Notes: a model not told the origin generated them from the letters alone. DNA of 37,447 bases from Acidimicrobiia bacterium (GCA_029210695.1 JARGFH010000037.1:1-37447); one strand, 5' to 3'; positions 9,860 through 19,063 are shown, counted from the first letter of the stretch. Translations and numbers: made by a program.

Positions 9860-10872
9860 AGATACTGATCGCCGACGACAGCCCGGTCATCCGTCATGCA
9901 GTTTCGGCCCTGCTGGCCAACAACGGCATCGAGACCGTGACGGCCGAAGACGGAATCGAAGCGATCCAGAAGTTCTACGCCGAACTGCCGGACCTGGTAC
10001 TCATGGACATCCAGATGCCGCGGATGACCGGATACGTTGCCTGCCGCCTGCTCAAGGAGGACTGGACCGTGGCAAATATCCCGGTCTTGATCCTCACGGC
10101 GCACGACTCGGCCGAGGATCGATACTGGAGCGCCAAGTCCGGTGCCGACGGGTACCTGACGAAGGAGACGCTGGGAGAGGATCTACTCAGCGCCATCCGT
10201 TCTGCCTACGCCAGCCGGGCGCTTTCGCAGTTGTCTGGGGAGCAACGCACGCCACTCAAGCTCGATGAGATGGACGTGCTCAGCCGCGTGACCCAGCTAC
10301 TCGACCGCAAGCTGTTCGAGACAACGATCGTCAACGACATCGTGACGATGGCCACCCGTGCCACGGATCTGGACTCCACCCTCGAGCAGACGATGTTCGT
10401 CATTCGTCGCTTCGTAACCTACGACCTGGCCGGCATCGCCGTCGTCGGCGACAGACTGCTGAAGCTACGGGCGGATTCTCCCGTCACTCGATCGAGCATT
10501 TTGCATTTCCGGCGATTGACCTCCGGTCACGTAGAGCAACTGGCGGCCATTCCCCTCAGCCCCGAGGAGTTGACGATCTCGTTCAGCGATACCGAGATGG
10601 TCACCGACGGCGAGGATGATGGAGGGCAGTGGCCGTCCTTCGCGGCCCTGGCGCTCCGCTCCCACGGTGAGACGGTGGGGGTCCTGGCGCTGGCTGCGAA
10701 GACCCCTGCCCGGTTCCCGCCCGAGGTTCTCAAGACGCTGCGTATGGTCGAACATCCCATCGCGGCGGTGCTGGACTCAGCCCGCAATCATCAACGCGTT
10801 CTTCAACAGGAGGCGCAGGCCAGCTTGTCGTCGCTGTATGAGACGAGATCTGACCGCCGGGCGCTATCCTGA
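9856..10872 (+). CDS. Response regulator with REC and GAF-like domain, no recognisable output domain
   Basis: KILIADD, MDIQMP, ILTA, GADGYLTK, then GAF-like LRSHGETVGVLAL. ATGA overlap with cheA. Confidence 0.82.
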   Translation: MKILIADDSPVIRHAVSALLANNGIETVTAEDGIEAIQKFYAELPDLVLMDIQMPRMTGYVACRLLKEDWTVANIPVLILTAHDSAEDRYWSAKSGADGYLTKETLGEDLLSAIRSAYASRALSQLSGEQRTPLKLDEMDVLSRVTQLLDRKLFETTIVNDIVTMATRATDLDSTLEQTMFVIRRFVTYDLAGIAVVGDRLLKLRADSPVTRSSILHFRRLTSGHVEQLAAIPLSPEELTISFSDTEMVTDGEDDGGQWPSFAALALRSHGETVGVLALAAKTPARFPPEVLKTLRMVEHPIAAVLDSARNHQRVLQQEAQASLSSLYETRSDRRALS

Positions 10873-10910
10873 TCGGGTGACTAGTCCTATTGTGAGTGGG
10901 GCGAACTGCC

Positions 10911-10938
10911 CTCAACCTACTGGATGACTCTGCCGAAT
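10911..10938 (+). promoter_or_regulatory. Sigma28-type promoter upstream of the histidine kinase
   Basis: CTCAA-N16-GCCGAAT in the intergenic gap. Confidence 0.65.
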
Positions 10939-10983
10939 CTACCGGAAGACGCTGGATTCGCCACGCCTGGAGGATGGTGAGCG

Positions 10984-11838
10984 ATGTTCGTGTGGTCGGT
11001 CATCCTGGGGGTGGTGGCGGTTATTGTGACTGCCATAGCGGCCTACGCCGTCTATTCAGCCAGACGTCGGGAGAAGGCGGCTCAGCTGGCCGCGGAACGG
11101 TCCGAACTGATCAAGAACGAGTTTGTGGCGATGGTTAGCCACGAGTTGCGGACACCGCTCACTTCCATTGCCGGGTTTGCATCGATGCTCCTGGAGTCGT
11201 GGGAGAACCTCCCCCCTTCGGAGGTGGCCGAGTTCCTGGGGATCATCAATTCACAGTCTGAACACCTCTCCGAATTGATAGAAGACGTACTCGTGATTCC
11301 CCGCATTGAAACGGGCCGTTTGTCGCTCGAGCTCGAGGACGTCGACCTCTCGGATCTGGCCCACCGGGTCAACGATTTCACCTTCCAGCCCGGTATGGGC
11401 AAGGAGGCCTCGGTGGCCATCCCCGGCGGAGTGCTGGTCCGCGCCGATGTGCGTCGGATGCAGCAGGTGCTGAGGAATCTGCTCGAAAACGCCAAGAAGT
11501 TCGGCGGCGATCAGATCCTCGTCGAGGGGGCGTTTCTCGGAGATCAGTACATGGTGGTGGTCTCAGACAACGGTTCCGGGGTCCCCGACGAGGAAGTGAG
11601 CCGGATCTTCGAGCAGTTCCAGCAAATCGCCGACGGAGATACGAGGATCGGAACGGGCACCGGCCTGGGCCTGCCCATCGCCAGAGAGCTGGCGAGGGCG
11701 ATGGGAGGCGACGTCTGGTACGAAAGCCGGTTTCCCATGGGCAGCCGCTTCTGCCTCACGATCCCGGTCGCCCCTGCTCCCGCCCCCTCTGCGGGGGGGG
11801 TCCCGAGCGAAACAGAGGTGTACGACAACAGGATTTGA
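10984..11838 (+). CDS. Single-TM histidine kinase (HisKA-HATPase) with no sensor domain
   Basis: N-terminal TM helix, SHELRTPLTSI, NLLENAKKF, DNGSG, GTGLGL. Confidence 0.9.
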   Translation: MFVWSVILGVVAVIVTAIAAYAVYSARRREKAAQLAAERSELIKNEFVAMVSHELRTPLTSIAGFASMLLESWENLPPSEVAEFLGIINSQSEHLSELIEDVLVIPRIETGRLSLELEDVDLSDLAHRVNDFTFQPGMGKEASVAIPGGVLVRADVRRMQQVLRNLLENAKKFGGDQILVEGAFLGDQYMVVVSDNGSGVPDEEVSRIFEQFQQIADGDTRIGTGTGLGLPIARELARAMGGDVWYESRFPMGSRFCLTIPVAPAPAPSAGGVPSETEVYDNRI

Positions 11839-11921
11839 GGCTTACGCCGGCGTCCTGGTGGCTCGGGTTCTTACAGCCCTGTAGTTCGATGTCCCCGGTT
11901 TGAGGTACCATCGCCGGACCG

Positions 11922-14900
11922 ATGGATTCAGCACGTCCGATCACCGACTCAGCACTGTTCGACGGCCTCAATCCTGCACAGCGCGAGGGTGTGGCGGCTA
12001 CCGACGGCCCCGTCCTCGTGGTGGCGGGGGCCGGATCGGGCAAGACCAGGGTGCTCACTTATCGAATCGCCCACCTGATCCGTGACCTCGGCGTGTCTCC
12101 GCACGCGATCCTGGCTATCACGTTCACCAACAAAGCTGCCGACGAAATGAAACAACGGGTAGCCAGCCTCGTCGGGGGCGTTGCCGGGTCGATGTGGGTG
12201 TCGACGTTTCACAGTGCCTGCGTGCGCATTCTGCGACGTGAAGCCCACCGCCTGGGCTACAAGTCCGCCTTCTCGATCTACGACGCCGCCGATTCGCTGC
12301 GCTTGATCACGATGTGTGTGTCGGATCTCGACCTCGATCCGAAGCGGTTTCCGCCCAGGAGTATTCGGGCGGCGATCTCGAACGCCAAGAACGAGATGAT
12401 CGACTTCGAGACCTACCGCAGCCAGGATTCGGGCTTCTACCACGAGCAAGTGGCAGACGTCTACCGCCTCTATCAGCAACGCCTCCTCGAGGCATCGGCG
12501 ATGGACTTCGACGATCTCCTGATGATCACCGTCGAGTTACTCGGGGCATTTCCCGACGTGCTCGAGCAGTACCAGCGCCGGTTCCAGTATGTCCTGGTCG
12601 ACGAGTACCAGGACACCAACCACGCCCAGTACATGCTGGTCAAGCTGCTGACGGATTCGCATCACAACCTCTGTGTGGTGGGTGATCAGGACCAGTGTCT
12701 TCCTCCCGGTACTTCAATCAAGACCACCTCCGGCCACAAGCCGATTGAGGAGGTCAATGTGGGTGACGAGGTAGTTGGGGTGGCCGGCGACGGCAATCTA
12801 CACCCCGGCCGCGTATCGCACGTTCAGCCCGGGACCTACTCGGGGCCCGTTTACCGCATCGACGCCGGGGACTCAACGCTGGTTGGAACACCTCATCACC
12901 TGGTACCGGCCCGACTGGACCTGCCGCAGGACTCCCATGTCGTCTATCTCATGTATCGAGGCGATCGCGGCTTCCGGCTCGGTCTCACGAAAGCTTTCCG
13001 GTCGAACTCTCGAGGCCTGGCAGACCTAGGAGTGACCGTCCGCAGCAATCAGGAGCACGCGGACAAGGTGTGGATTCTGAAGGTCTGCCCGTCAAGGGCC
13101 GAGGCCGCATACTGGGAATCGCGATTGTCTGCTGAGTACGGAATCTTGACCGCCCGTTTCCACGGCGTTGGTCGGAATCTCGATATGGATGAACCATGGT
13201 TGAAGCGTCTCTATGACGAGGTGGACACCGTCAGCGCCGCCAAGTTCCTCATGGAAGACTTCAACTTGCACGCCGAGTTTCCTCACTACCGGCCGCAGAA
13301 CGGGCAGAGGCGCCAGAGTGTCAATTTGACGATGTTTTCAGATCGGCGAACGGGCGTTGGGTACCACCGCGTCCAGTGGTCATCGAACCGGTCCGATATC
13401 GCCGATCGTTTGCGTGAGGCGGGGTTCAATGTGAGGCCGGGCAAGTTCCCCGGTACATTTCGCGTCGAGACTTCGCGCAAGAGCTATTCAAAGGCGCTCG
13501 AACTGGCGAAGGGGATGACGCTGGCTGCTGATCTCGAGATTCAAAGGCGAGCCTCAATAGGAGGGGACATGTACTCCTATACGCCGCTGGCTCACCTTCG
13601 AGCGGGGATGAGGGTTCTCGTTGAGGCCGATGGGCGTTTCGTCGAGCGAGCCGTGGAGCAAGTCGAGGTTGAGGAGTACTCCGGCCCGGTCTATGACCTG
13701 CAGGTTGACCCGGTTCATCATTACGTGGCGAACGGAGTTCTGGTTCACAACTCGATCTACAAGTTCCGAGGCGCCGATATCCGCAATATTCTCGAATTTG
13801 AGAAGGACTATCCGGATGCCCGGATAGTGGTGCTCGACCGCAACTACCGGTCGACCGAGATAATCCTCGAAGCCGCCAACGCGGTGATCGACAACAACCT
13901 GCACCGCAAGCCGAAACGGTTGTGGACCGACCTGGGCCGGGGAGAGCTGATCACCCGCTACGAGGCCCAGGACGAACACGACGAGGCCGCCTTCGTCGCC
14001 GATCAGATCGAACTGCTCGACGATCAGGGTTATCACCGCCGCGACATCGCCATCTTCTACCGCACGAACGCGCAGAGCCGGGTCCTCGAGGAGGTGTTCG
14101 TGCGGTACGGCATCCCCTACAACGTCGTCGGGGGAGTGAAGTTCTACGAGCGGCGTGAGGTTCGCGATGCGCTTGCCTACTTGCGGCTACTGGCCAACCG
14201 CACCGACGAGGTGGCGGCCAAGCGCGTGATCAACGTCCCGAAGCGGGGTATCGGACAATCGACGATTGCCCACATCGATCGGTTTACCCAGGATGGACGG
14301 ATCCCGTTCTACGACGGACTCCTTCGAATAGACGACATCGGGATGGTGGCGGCGCGTTCCGCGATCCGCGTGAAGGAGTTTGTCGGTCTAATTGATCGCC
14401 TCGAGGAGGCGGCGGCCGACGGTCCCCGGGCGGCAATCGACGCGGTGCTGGCGGAAACCGGCTACGTGGCCGAACTGGAAGCGGAGCGGTCGGTCGAGGC
14501 GCTCGGCCGGGTGGAGAATCTCCGGGAGCTTGCATCGGTGGCCGAGGAGTTCGAGGAGTCGATGGACGGCTCGATCATCGACGACGGACCGTGGGCGACG
14601 CTGGGTGGAATGCGGAAGCTCGAGTTGTTCCTCGAACAGGTGAGCCTGGTGACGGACATCGACGAACTCGACGACCAGGCCGAAGCGGTGACGCTGATGA
14701 CGCTGCATACGGCCAAGGGCCTCGAGTATCCGGTCATCTTCATCGTCGGCATGGAAGACGGGGTGTTTCCTCATTCACGTTCGCTCGGTGATCCCGAAGA
14801 ACTCGAAGAGGAGCGGCGTCTTTGCTACGTCGGCGTGACGAGAGCGGAGGAGAAGCTCTACGTGACGCACGCCTGGCAGCGGATGTTGTTCGGCAGTTCT

Positions 14901-15185
14901 AGTTTCAACGCCCCGAGCAGATTCTTGGGAGAGATCCCAGAAGATCTGGTGACCATGGCGCCGAAGCGAACCCGTCGGAGCCAGGAGATCGCTTCGCCTT
15001 CACCGGGCGCAACCGTTTCCGCCGACGAGATCGGCGTCGGCGATCGGGTGCTGCACGGCAAGTGGGGCGCCGGCGTGGTGGAGGAGATCACCGGCACCGG
15101 CGACCGGGCAGAAGCCTGGGTGGTCTTCGACGAGAGCGGCCGCAAACGGTTGCTGCTGGCATGGGCGCCTCTTTCCAAGGCATAG
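11922..15185 (+). CDS. pcrA: PcrA/UvrD SF1 DNA helicase precursor containing an intein (about 735 aa after splicing)
   Basis: AGAGSGKT, TFTNKAA, DEYQD, GDQDQ|SIY split by the intein, NYRST, HTAKGLE, EERRLCYVGVTRA. Confidence 0.96.
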   Translation: MDSARPITDSALFDGLNPAQREGVAATDGPVLVVAGAGSGKTRVLTYRIAHLIRDLGVSPHAILAITFTNKAADEMKQRVASLVGGVAGSMWVSTFHSACVRILRREAHRLGYKSAFSIYDAADSLRLITMCVSDLDLDPKRFPPRSIRAAISNAKNEMIDFETYRSQDSGFYHEQVADVYRLYQQRLLEASAMDFDDLLMITVELLGAFPDVLEQYQRRFQYVLVDEYQDTNHAQYMLVKLLTDSHHNLCVVGDQDQCLPPGTSIKTTSGHKPIEEVNVGDEVVGVAGDGNLHPGRVSHVQPGTYSGPVYRIDAGDSTLVGTPHHLVPARLDLPQDSHVVYLMYRGDRGFRLGLTKAFRSNSRGLADLGVTVRSNQEHADKVWILKVCPSRAEAAYWESRLSAEYGILTARFHGVGRNLDMDEPWLKRLYDEVDTVSAAKFLMEDFNLHAEFPHYRPQNGQRRQSVNLTMFSDRRTGVGYHRVQWSSNRSDIADRLREAGFNVRPGKFPGTFRVETSRKSYSKALELAKGMTLAADLEIQRRASIGGDMYSYTPLAHLRAGMRVLVEADGRFVERAVEQVEVEEYSGPVYDLQVDPVHHYVANGVLVHNSIYKFRGADIRNILEFEKDYPDARIVVLDRNYRSTEIILEAANAVIDNNLHRKPKRLWTDLGRGELITRYEAQDEHDEAAFVADQIELLDDQGYHRRDIAIFYRTNAQSRVLEEVFVRYGIPYNVVGGVKFYERREVRDALAYLRLLANRTDEVAAKRVINVPKRGIGQSTIAHIDRFTQDGRIPFYDGLLRIDDIGMVAARSAIRVKEFVGLIDRLEEAAADGPRAAIDAVLAETGYVAELEAERSVEALGRVENLRELASVAEEFEESMDGSIIDDGPWATLGGMRKLELFLEQVSLVTDIDELDDQAEAVTLMTLHTAKGLEYPVIFIVGMEDGVFPHSRSLGDPEELEEERRLCYVGVTRAEEKLYVTHAWQRMLFGSSSFNAPSRFLGEIPEDLVTMAPKRTRRSQEIASPSPGATVSADEIGVGDRVLHGKWGAGVVEEITGTGDRAEAWVVFDESGRKRLLLAWAPLSKA
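12696..13751 (+). mobile_element. Intein (352 aa) in PcrA helicase motif III
   Basis: Starts CLPPGT, block B TPHH, block F VYDLQV, ends HN followed by Ser. Removal restores GDQDQSIYKFRGA. Confidence 0.95.
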
Positions 15186-15198
15186 CCTTGGAAAGAGG
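15168..15198. terminator. Perfect 14-bp inverted repeat spanning the pcrA stop codon
   Basis: CCTCTTTCCAAGGC-ATA-GCCTTGGAAAGAGG. Confidence 0.6.
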
Positions 15199-15280
15199 TT
15201 CGAGAAGGTCGGCCCCCCCGAAGGGGGGAAGGGACCCGTTGCGCAGCAGCGGGTAGGGGGGCAACCAGCAAGATCCGTCA

Positions 15281-15428
15281 AACCGCCCCCCTCCCCTCGA
15301 GGACTCGGGACTCCCCCCACTTCGTGGTGGGAGAATGGGATTGGGTTGTTGGGGTGGGTGAAGTCACTTTCCGCGTTTCTCCCCTGCGGAGCGGGGGAGA
15401 TGCTGAGTCTTCGAATCGGAGGGGGCGG
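15281..15428. repeat. REP/REPIN-like element, copy 1 (two related palindromic units in inverted orientation)
   Basis: 34-nt (15302-15335) and 30-nt (15386-15415) blocks identical to 25062-25095 and 25153-25182. Confidence 0.85.
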
Positions 15429-15799
15429 ACAGGTCGACTGGATTCGGATCTATCCGCATCTACCGATCTCACCCGTCGATCCCAGGTTGTGGAGGCGACA
15501 TACGGTCTGTCGGCATCGGACGTCAACGTCAGATCTCCAGCACTCACGCCAGTCCAACGATTGAGCCCCCGATTCTCAAGACAACCGTACGCGGTGAAAC
15601 CGCCCAGAGATGGGGCGGGTCTCCCTTGAACCCGCCCCTTGACCTGCGCCGCTCTGCGTTGCGGGTTCGAGACCGGTGTAGGCGAGAGCATGAAGTGGAG
15701 AGCCTGCGGGCTCGACGAGTTGCCCGGTCGGAGAAAGGCAGGGGCACGCGGAGAAGGGGCGGGCTCCCCCTGGAACCCGCCCCTCGTGTCTGGCGCCGC

Positions 15800-15997
15800 C
15801 TAGTGGGTCAGCGGATGTCTCCAGCGGCGGTGGCCGGCTCGTTGGCGGTGCCGTTTGATGAGCCGGTGGAGCCTCGCTTCCAACCGTGGACCGAATCGGG
15901 TCAGTTTGAGTGGACTCCCTCTATCGCGGCGAAGATTCTCAGCCGCTTGCAGTCGGACCTCTTGTATTGCTCTTGCTCCCCGGTAATCGGGCAACAT
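15800..15997 (-). CDS. Small Arg-rich hypothetical protein (65 aa)
   Basis: AAGGGGGG RBS-like tract before the ATG. The stop is followed by the same hairpin family that follows the cassette secreted-protein genes. Confidence 0.45.
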   Translation of the reverse strand: MLPDYRGARAIQEVRLQAAENLRRDRGSPLKLTRFGPRLEARLHRLIKRHRQRAGHRRWRHPLTH

Positions 15998-16225
15998 ACG
16001 GACCCCCCTTCATCTTTCCCTTCTCTACTCCTATGTCGCAGTGTGCAGGATGCGCCTAACAAGCCGCTCACTAAACAAACGCTCGAGGCCGTCATGTTTA
16101 TGACAGGCTTCCATGGGTTCTCCCGAGGTGTTCCCGGGCGCCGGAGCCTGGAAGGGCGCCTAAATCTCCGGCCTTCCGGGTGTCGTTCGTTGTTTCGTCA
16201 TCTCGGCCCGATCTCTTCTTCCCCC

Positions 16226-16258
16226 TTAACACGTCTGAGCGATGTCCGACGGAGTACC
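16226..16258 (-). promoter_or_regulatory. Putative ECF promoter, copy 4 (no sigma gene downstream)
   Basis: GGTACTCC-N16-ACGTGTTAA, same register as the three sigma-gene promoters. Confidence 0.65.
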
Positions 16259-16322
16259 TGATTCCGAGGATTCGTTAGAAGCCTTTCCGCGCGCCGGGAG
16301 AACTTTCGCAAAACGGGATTGG

Positions 16323-16354
16323 GAGTGGGCGGGTTCCCCCAAACCCGCCCACTC
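16323..16354 (-). terminator. GC-rich hairpin after cassette 3
   Basis: GAGTGGGCGGGTT-CCCCCA-AACCCGCCCACTC. Related hairpins at 15612, 15755 and 19246. Confidence 0.6.
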
Positions 16355-16371
16355 TTGTCGCGCTGCTCTGT

Positions 16372-16956
16372 CTAGGGCGTGGTCGCCTGCGGTGGTGACA
16401 GCGTGATTTCGACCGTGGTGCCCTTCTTGGCGCGGAAGTCCACTCGCAGGTGGAGTGGCTTGCCATTCGAGTCGTCTCGCATATCGAAATCACCATCTTG
16501 CGGATAGCACCAATGACCGGCATCCCAGGTCCAGTAGGTCTGGTTTGAGTACCAGGAGAACGGGTCGGTCATCTCGCTGTAAGCCAGGTCGAAGGACGCT
16601 GTGTAGGAAGGACCCGTGTGGCCCTCCCAGTCCTGCTCGAGCACGCAGATGTCTCCGGGCGAATCATCAAGGACGAACACAATCACCCTGGAGATCGGGC
16701 CTTCGACAGGTTCCCTCGAGATCGGGTCGACAGCTTTGACGGTGACGGTGCCAACCCCTGTATCGCTCTCCGCCGGTGTCCAGAGGCATTCGAATCTGAT
16801 GGTGCCCGTGCCACTGAGAGAGATCTCACCGTCCGCGGTGATCGCGCATTCCCGCACTGCGGCCGGTTCTTGAGGCGGTTTCCCCTTCCCTGCGGCTGGT
16901 GCCGCCAGGGCGACGAGCACCGCTAGGGCAGTGACCAGGATCAGACTCTTCCTCAT
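16372..16956 (-). CDS. Secreted hypothetical protein, cassette 3 (paralog of 19297-20031)
   Basis: Signal peptide, AAAGGAG RBS, shared FECLWTP, SPGDICVL, HWCYPQD, NGKPLHL blocks. Confidence 0.85.
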   Translation of the reverse strand: MRKSLILVTALAVLVALAAPAAGKGKPPQEPAAVRECAITADGEISLSGTGTIRFECLWTPAESDTGVGTVTVKAVDPISREPVEGPISRVIVFVLDDSPGDICVLEQDWEGHTGPSYTASFDLAYSEMTDPFSWYSNQTYWTWDAGHWCYPQDGDFDMRDDSNGKPLHLRVDFRAKKGTTVEITLSPPQATTP

Positions 16957-17105
16957 GACGCTCCTTTCGCTCCCCTAACCAGATACCGCACAGCGGTTTG
17001 GCGCTGCTTGGGCCCGGGGCGGATAGGAGATCTAGTCCTACCCCCGTCGGGAGCCTCCTCAAGTCTCCACCTCTTGCCGATAGCTGCTTCATGCCTTCCC
17101 CCTCC

Positions 17106-18506
17106 CTAGTCGGTCCACTCGCCGATCCAGACGGCCGGCGCCCCGAATCCGACCCGGCCCACGGCGACGATGCGACCTTCCACCAGAGCAACGTCGCGGA
17201 TGGCCCCAGATTCATCCTCGAGATACCTCATACCGAAGACGTCCTGGTTCTTCTCTTTCGTCCACGTCTGTCCGCCGTCGCTAGAGGTGCTCACGAAGCC
17301 CTGGTTCTTCTCGCCGACGGCCACGGCCAGGTCGCCGTCGACGGCAATCCCGGATAGGTACGAGCCGATGTTGGTATCGACCTGATAGATCTTCTCCGCC
17401 TCGACGCTGACGTCGACGGCTCGCCATACTCCAAGTTGTCCCACCGCTAGGTAGGCATAGCCCACGTTGGCGACGTCGAGCAACGGTGCCGGGCGCCACC
17501 AGCCGTCGCCTTGCTCGACCGGCATGTCGACCCACTCGATTCCGTCGATCGAGCGATACATCCCCTCCCGCCCACTGGGGTCGAGTCCTGCTGCCACGAA
17601 CTGAGTACCGTCGAAGATGATCGAGAAGAGCGTGCCGCCCGGCGACGGTGATCGCTCCCAGGTGAGCCCGTCCGCGGAGCGCCACACGGCGTCACCGACC
17701 GCCACGAACTGGTCGGGCGAGGCGGCCACCGCCCACATCCGTAGTACGACGTCGTCGCCGCCGAACACGGCCCCGTCATGAGGTACTCGTGTCCAAATCG
17801 CACCGTCGCCAGAGGACCAGACCACGGCGACCGGAGAGGCATCCAACCAGGCCGAGCTGTTCCAGCGGTCGAGCCCTGCGAAGTACATGTCCCCCGCCGC
17901 TCCTGTGCCTTCGAATCCCACCGCCACCGTTCTCTCACCTAGCGAGGCGAATCCAACGACCTCTGCGAAAGTTCCGTCTGACGAGTCGCCAGACTCCTCA
18001 CCTGCCGGAGTGATCGTCGCCCGTTCCCAGGCGGACCCGTCGTCGGACCTCCAGATCGCCGCGTCCCGTCCGTCGAAACCGCCGGCTAAGAAACCATCCT
18101 CAGCGGCAGCGATGGTGTCGAGCGCTGCCTCGGCGGATGTAGCGGCCAGTTCCATGCGGGTCCATGTGATCGATGGAACCGGCTCGGCCGGCACGGCGGC
18201 GGCCGTGGTCGGGGTCGGCGGTGTGGTGTTCTCCGGCGGGGAAGTGACTGAGGTGACCGGAACCGTCGTCGGTGCAACTTCCTCGACGAATGGTGCTTCG
18301 TCGTCCCCGAGGGGGGCCAGCAGTGCTGTTAGACCGATAACGAGCGCCAGCGCGGCAGCCGCGCCCAGTGAAATGGCGAGGTTTCGTTGAGTCGGTGACG
18401 CCTGGCGCCGCCGGGTGACCCGTTCGTCCAGGTCGGGACCTACGATCGCATCCCGATAGCTGTGGAGGCTTTCGGCAGCGTCGCTCAGCATCTGATCGAT
18501 GGTCAT
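17106..18506 (-). CDS. Single-pass membrane protein with extracellular Asp-box (BNR) beta-propeller, putative anti-sigma/sensor, cassette 3
   Basis: Short N-tail, TM helix, Pro/Thr linker, repeated WxSxDGxxW. ATGA-coupled to the sigma gene. Confidence 0.8.
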   Translation of the reverse strand: MTIDQMLSDAAESLHSYRDAIVGPDLDERVTRRRQASPTQRNLAISLGAAAALALVIGLTALLAPLGDDEAPFVEEVAPTTVPVTSVTSPPENTTPPTPTTAAAVPAEPVPSITWTRMELAATSAEAALDTIAAAEDGFLAGGFDGRDAAIWRSDDGSAWERATITPAGEESGDSSDGTFAEVVGFASLGERTVAVGFEGTGAAGDMYFAGLDRWNSSAWLDASPVAVVWSSGDGAIWTRVPHDGAVFGGDDVVLRMWAVAASPDQFVAVGDAVWRSADGLTWERSPSPGGTLFSIIFDGTQFVAAGLDPSGREGMYRSIDGIEWVDMPVEQGDGWWRPAPLLDVANVGYAYLAVGQLGVWRAVDVSVEAEKIYQVDTNIGSYLSGIAVDGDLAVAVGEKNQGFVSTSSDGGQTWTKEKNQDVFGMRYLEDESGAIRDVALVEGRIVAVGRVGFGAPAVWIGEWTD

Positions 18507-19060
18507 TCCGTCACCTCATCATTGACTCGAAGGTACGTGGCCAGCGTCTGCTTGCCTCGCTGAAGATGGGTCTTGGCCGTGAATGGTGAACACTGCAGGA
18601 TCTCCCCGATATCTGACAGGCTGTGACCCTCGAGGTAGGTGAGGGCGATGACCTGCGCCTGGCGTTTCGGTAGGCGGCGTACGGCGGCCCAGATCTCCGC
18701 CGCTTCGGCTGCCACCTCTGGTGGTGTGTCGCCGGTCGGCCGGCGCCACAGGCGGGGGAGTGCTCTGCGTTCGACCTGCGTCCGGCGGTACCGCGACACC
18801 GCTTTGTTGGCAACGACCCGGCGGATCCAGGCTCCGGGTGCCGGGTATGTTCCGACTTCCGCCCAGTTCTGGCGGGCGGCAATGAAAGAGTCCTGGGCGA
18901 GATCCTCACCAATCCACCGGTCACCGGTGAGGGCATAGGCGAGTTCCGCAATCCTCGGGTATTCCCGAGCGTAGAAGGCAGCGAACGATGTTTCGCTCTG
19001 GTATTCGCCCCTCGGCGGAGAATGGGTTTCTGCCACTGCCTTCCCCAATCCGGCTCTCAC
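18503..19060 (-). CDS. ECF RNA polymerase sigma factor, cassette 3
   Basis: GEDLAQDSF, AWIRRVVAN, LPKRQAQVIALTYLEG, TAKTHLQRG. Confidence 0.93.
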   Translation of the reverse strand: MRAGLGKAVAETHSPPRGEYQSETSFAAFYAREYPRIAELAYALTGDRWIGEDLAQDSFIAARQNWAEVGTYPAPGAWIRRVVANKAVSRYRRTQVERRALPRLWRRPTGDTPPEVAAEAAEIWAAVRRLPKRQAQVIALTYLEGHSLSDIGEILQCSPFTAKTHLQRGKQTLATYLRVNDEVTE

Positions 19061-19063
19061 CCA

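Noticed and set aside
15626..16261. 211-aa plus-strand ORF and overlapping ORFs 15278-15691 and 15324-15629
   Set aside because: They run through repeats and hairpins, have no recognisable motifs and oppose the minus-strand promoter and RBS signals
17057..17083. Sigma28-like motif CCTCAAG...GCCGATAG on the + strand, antisense to propeller 3
   Set aside because: Spacer is 13 nt versus 16-17 nt in the three accepted copies, and no sense gene follows
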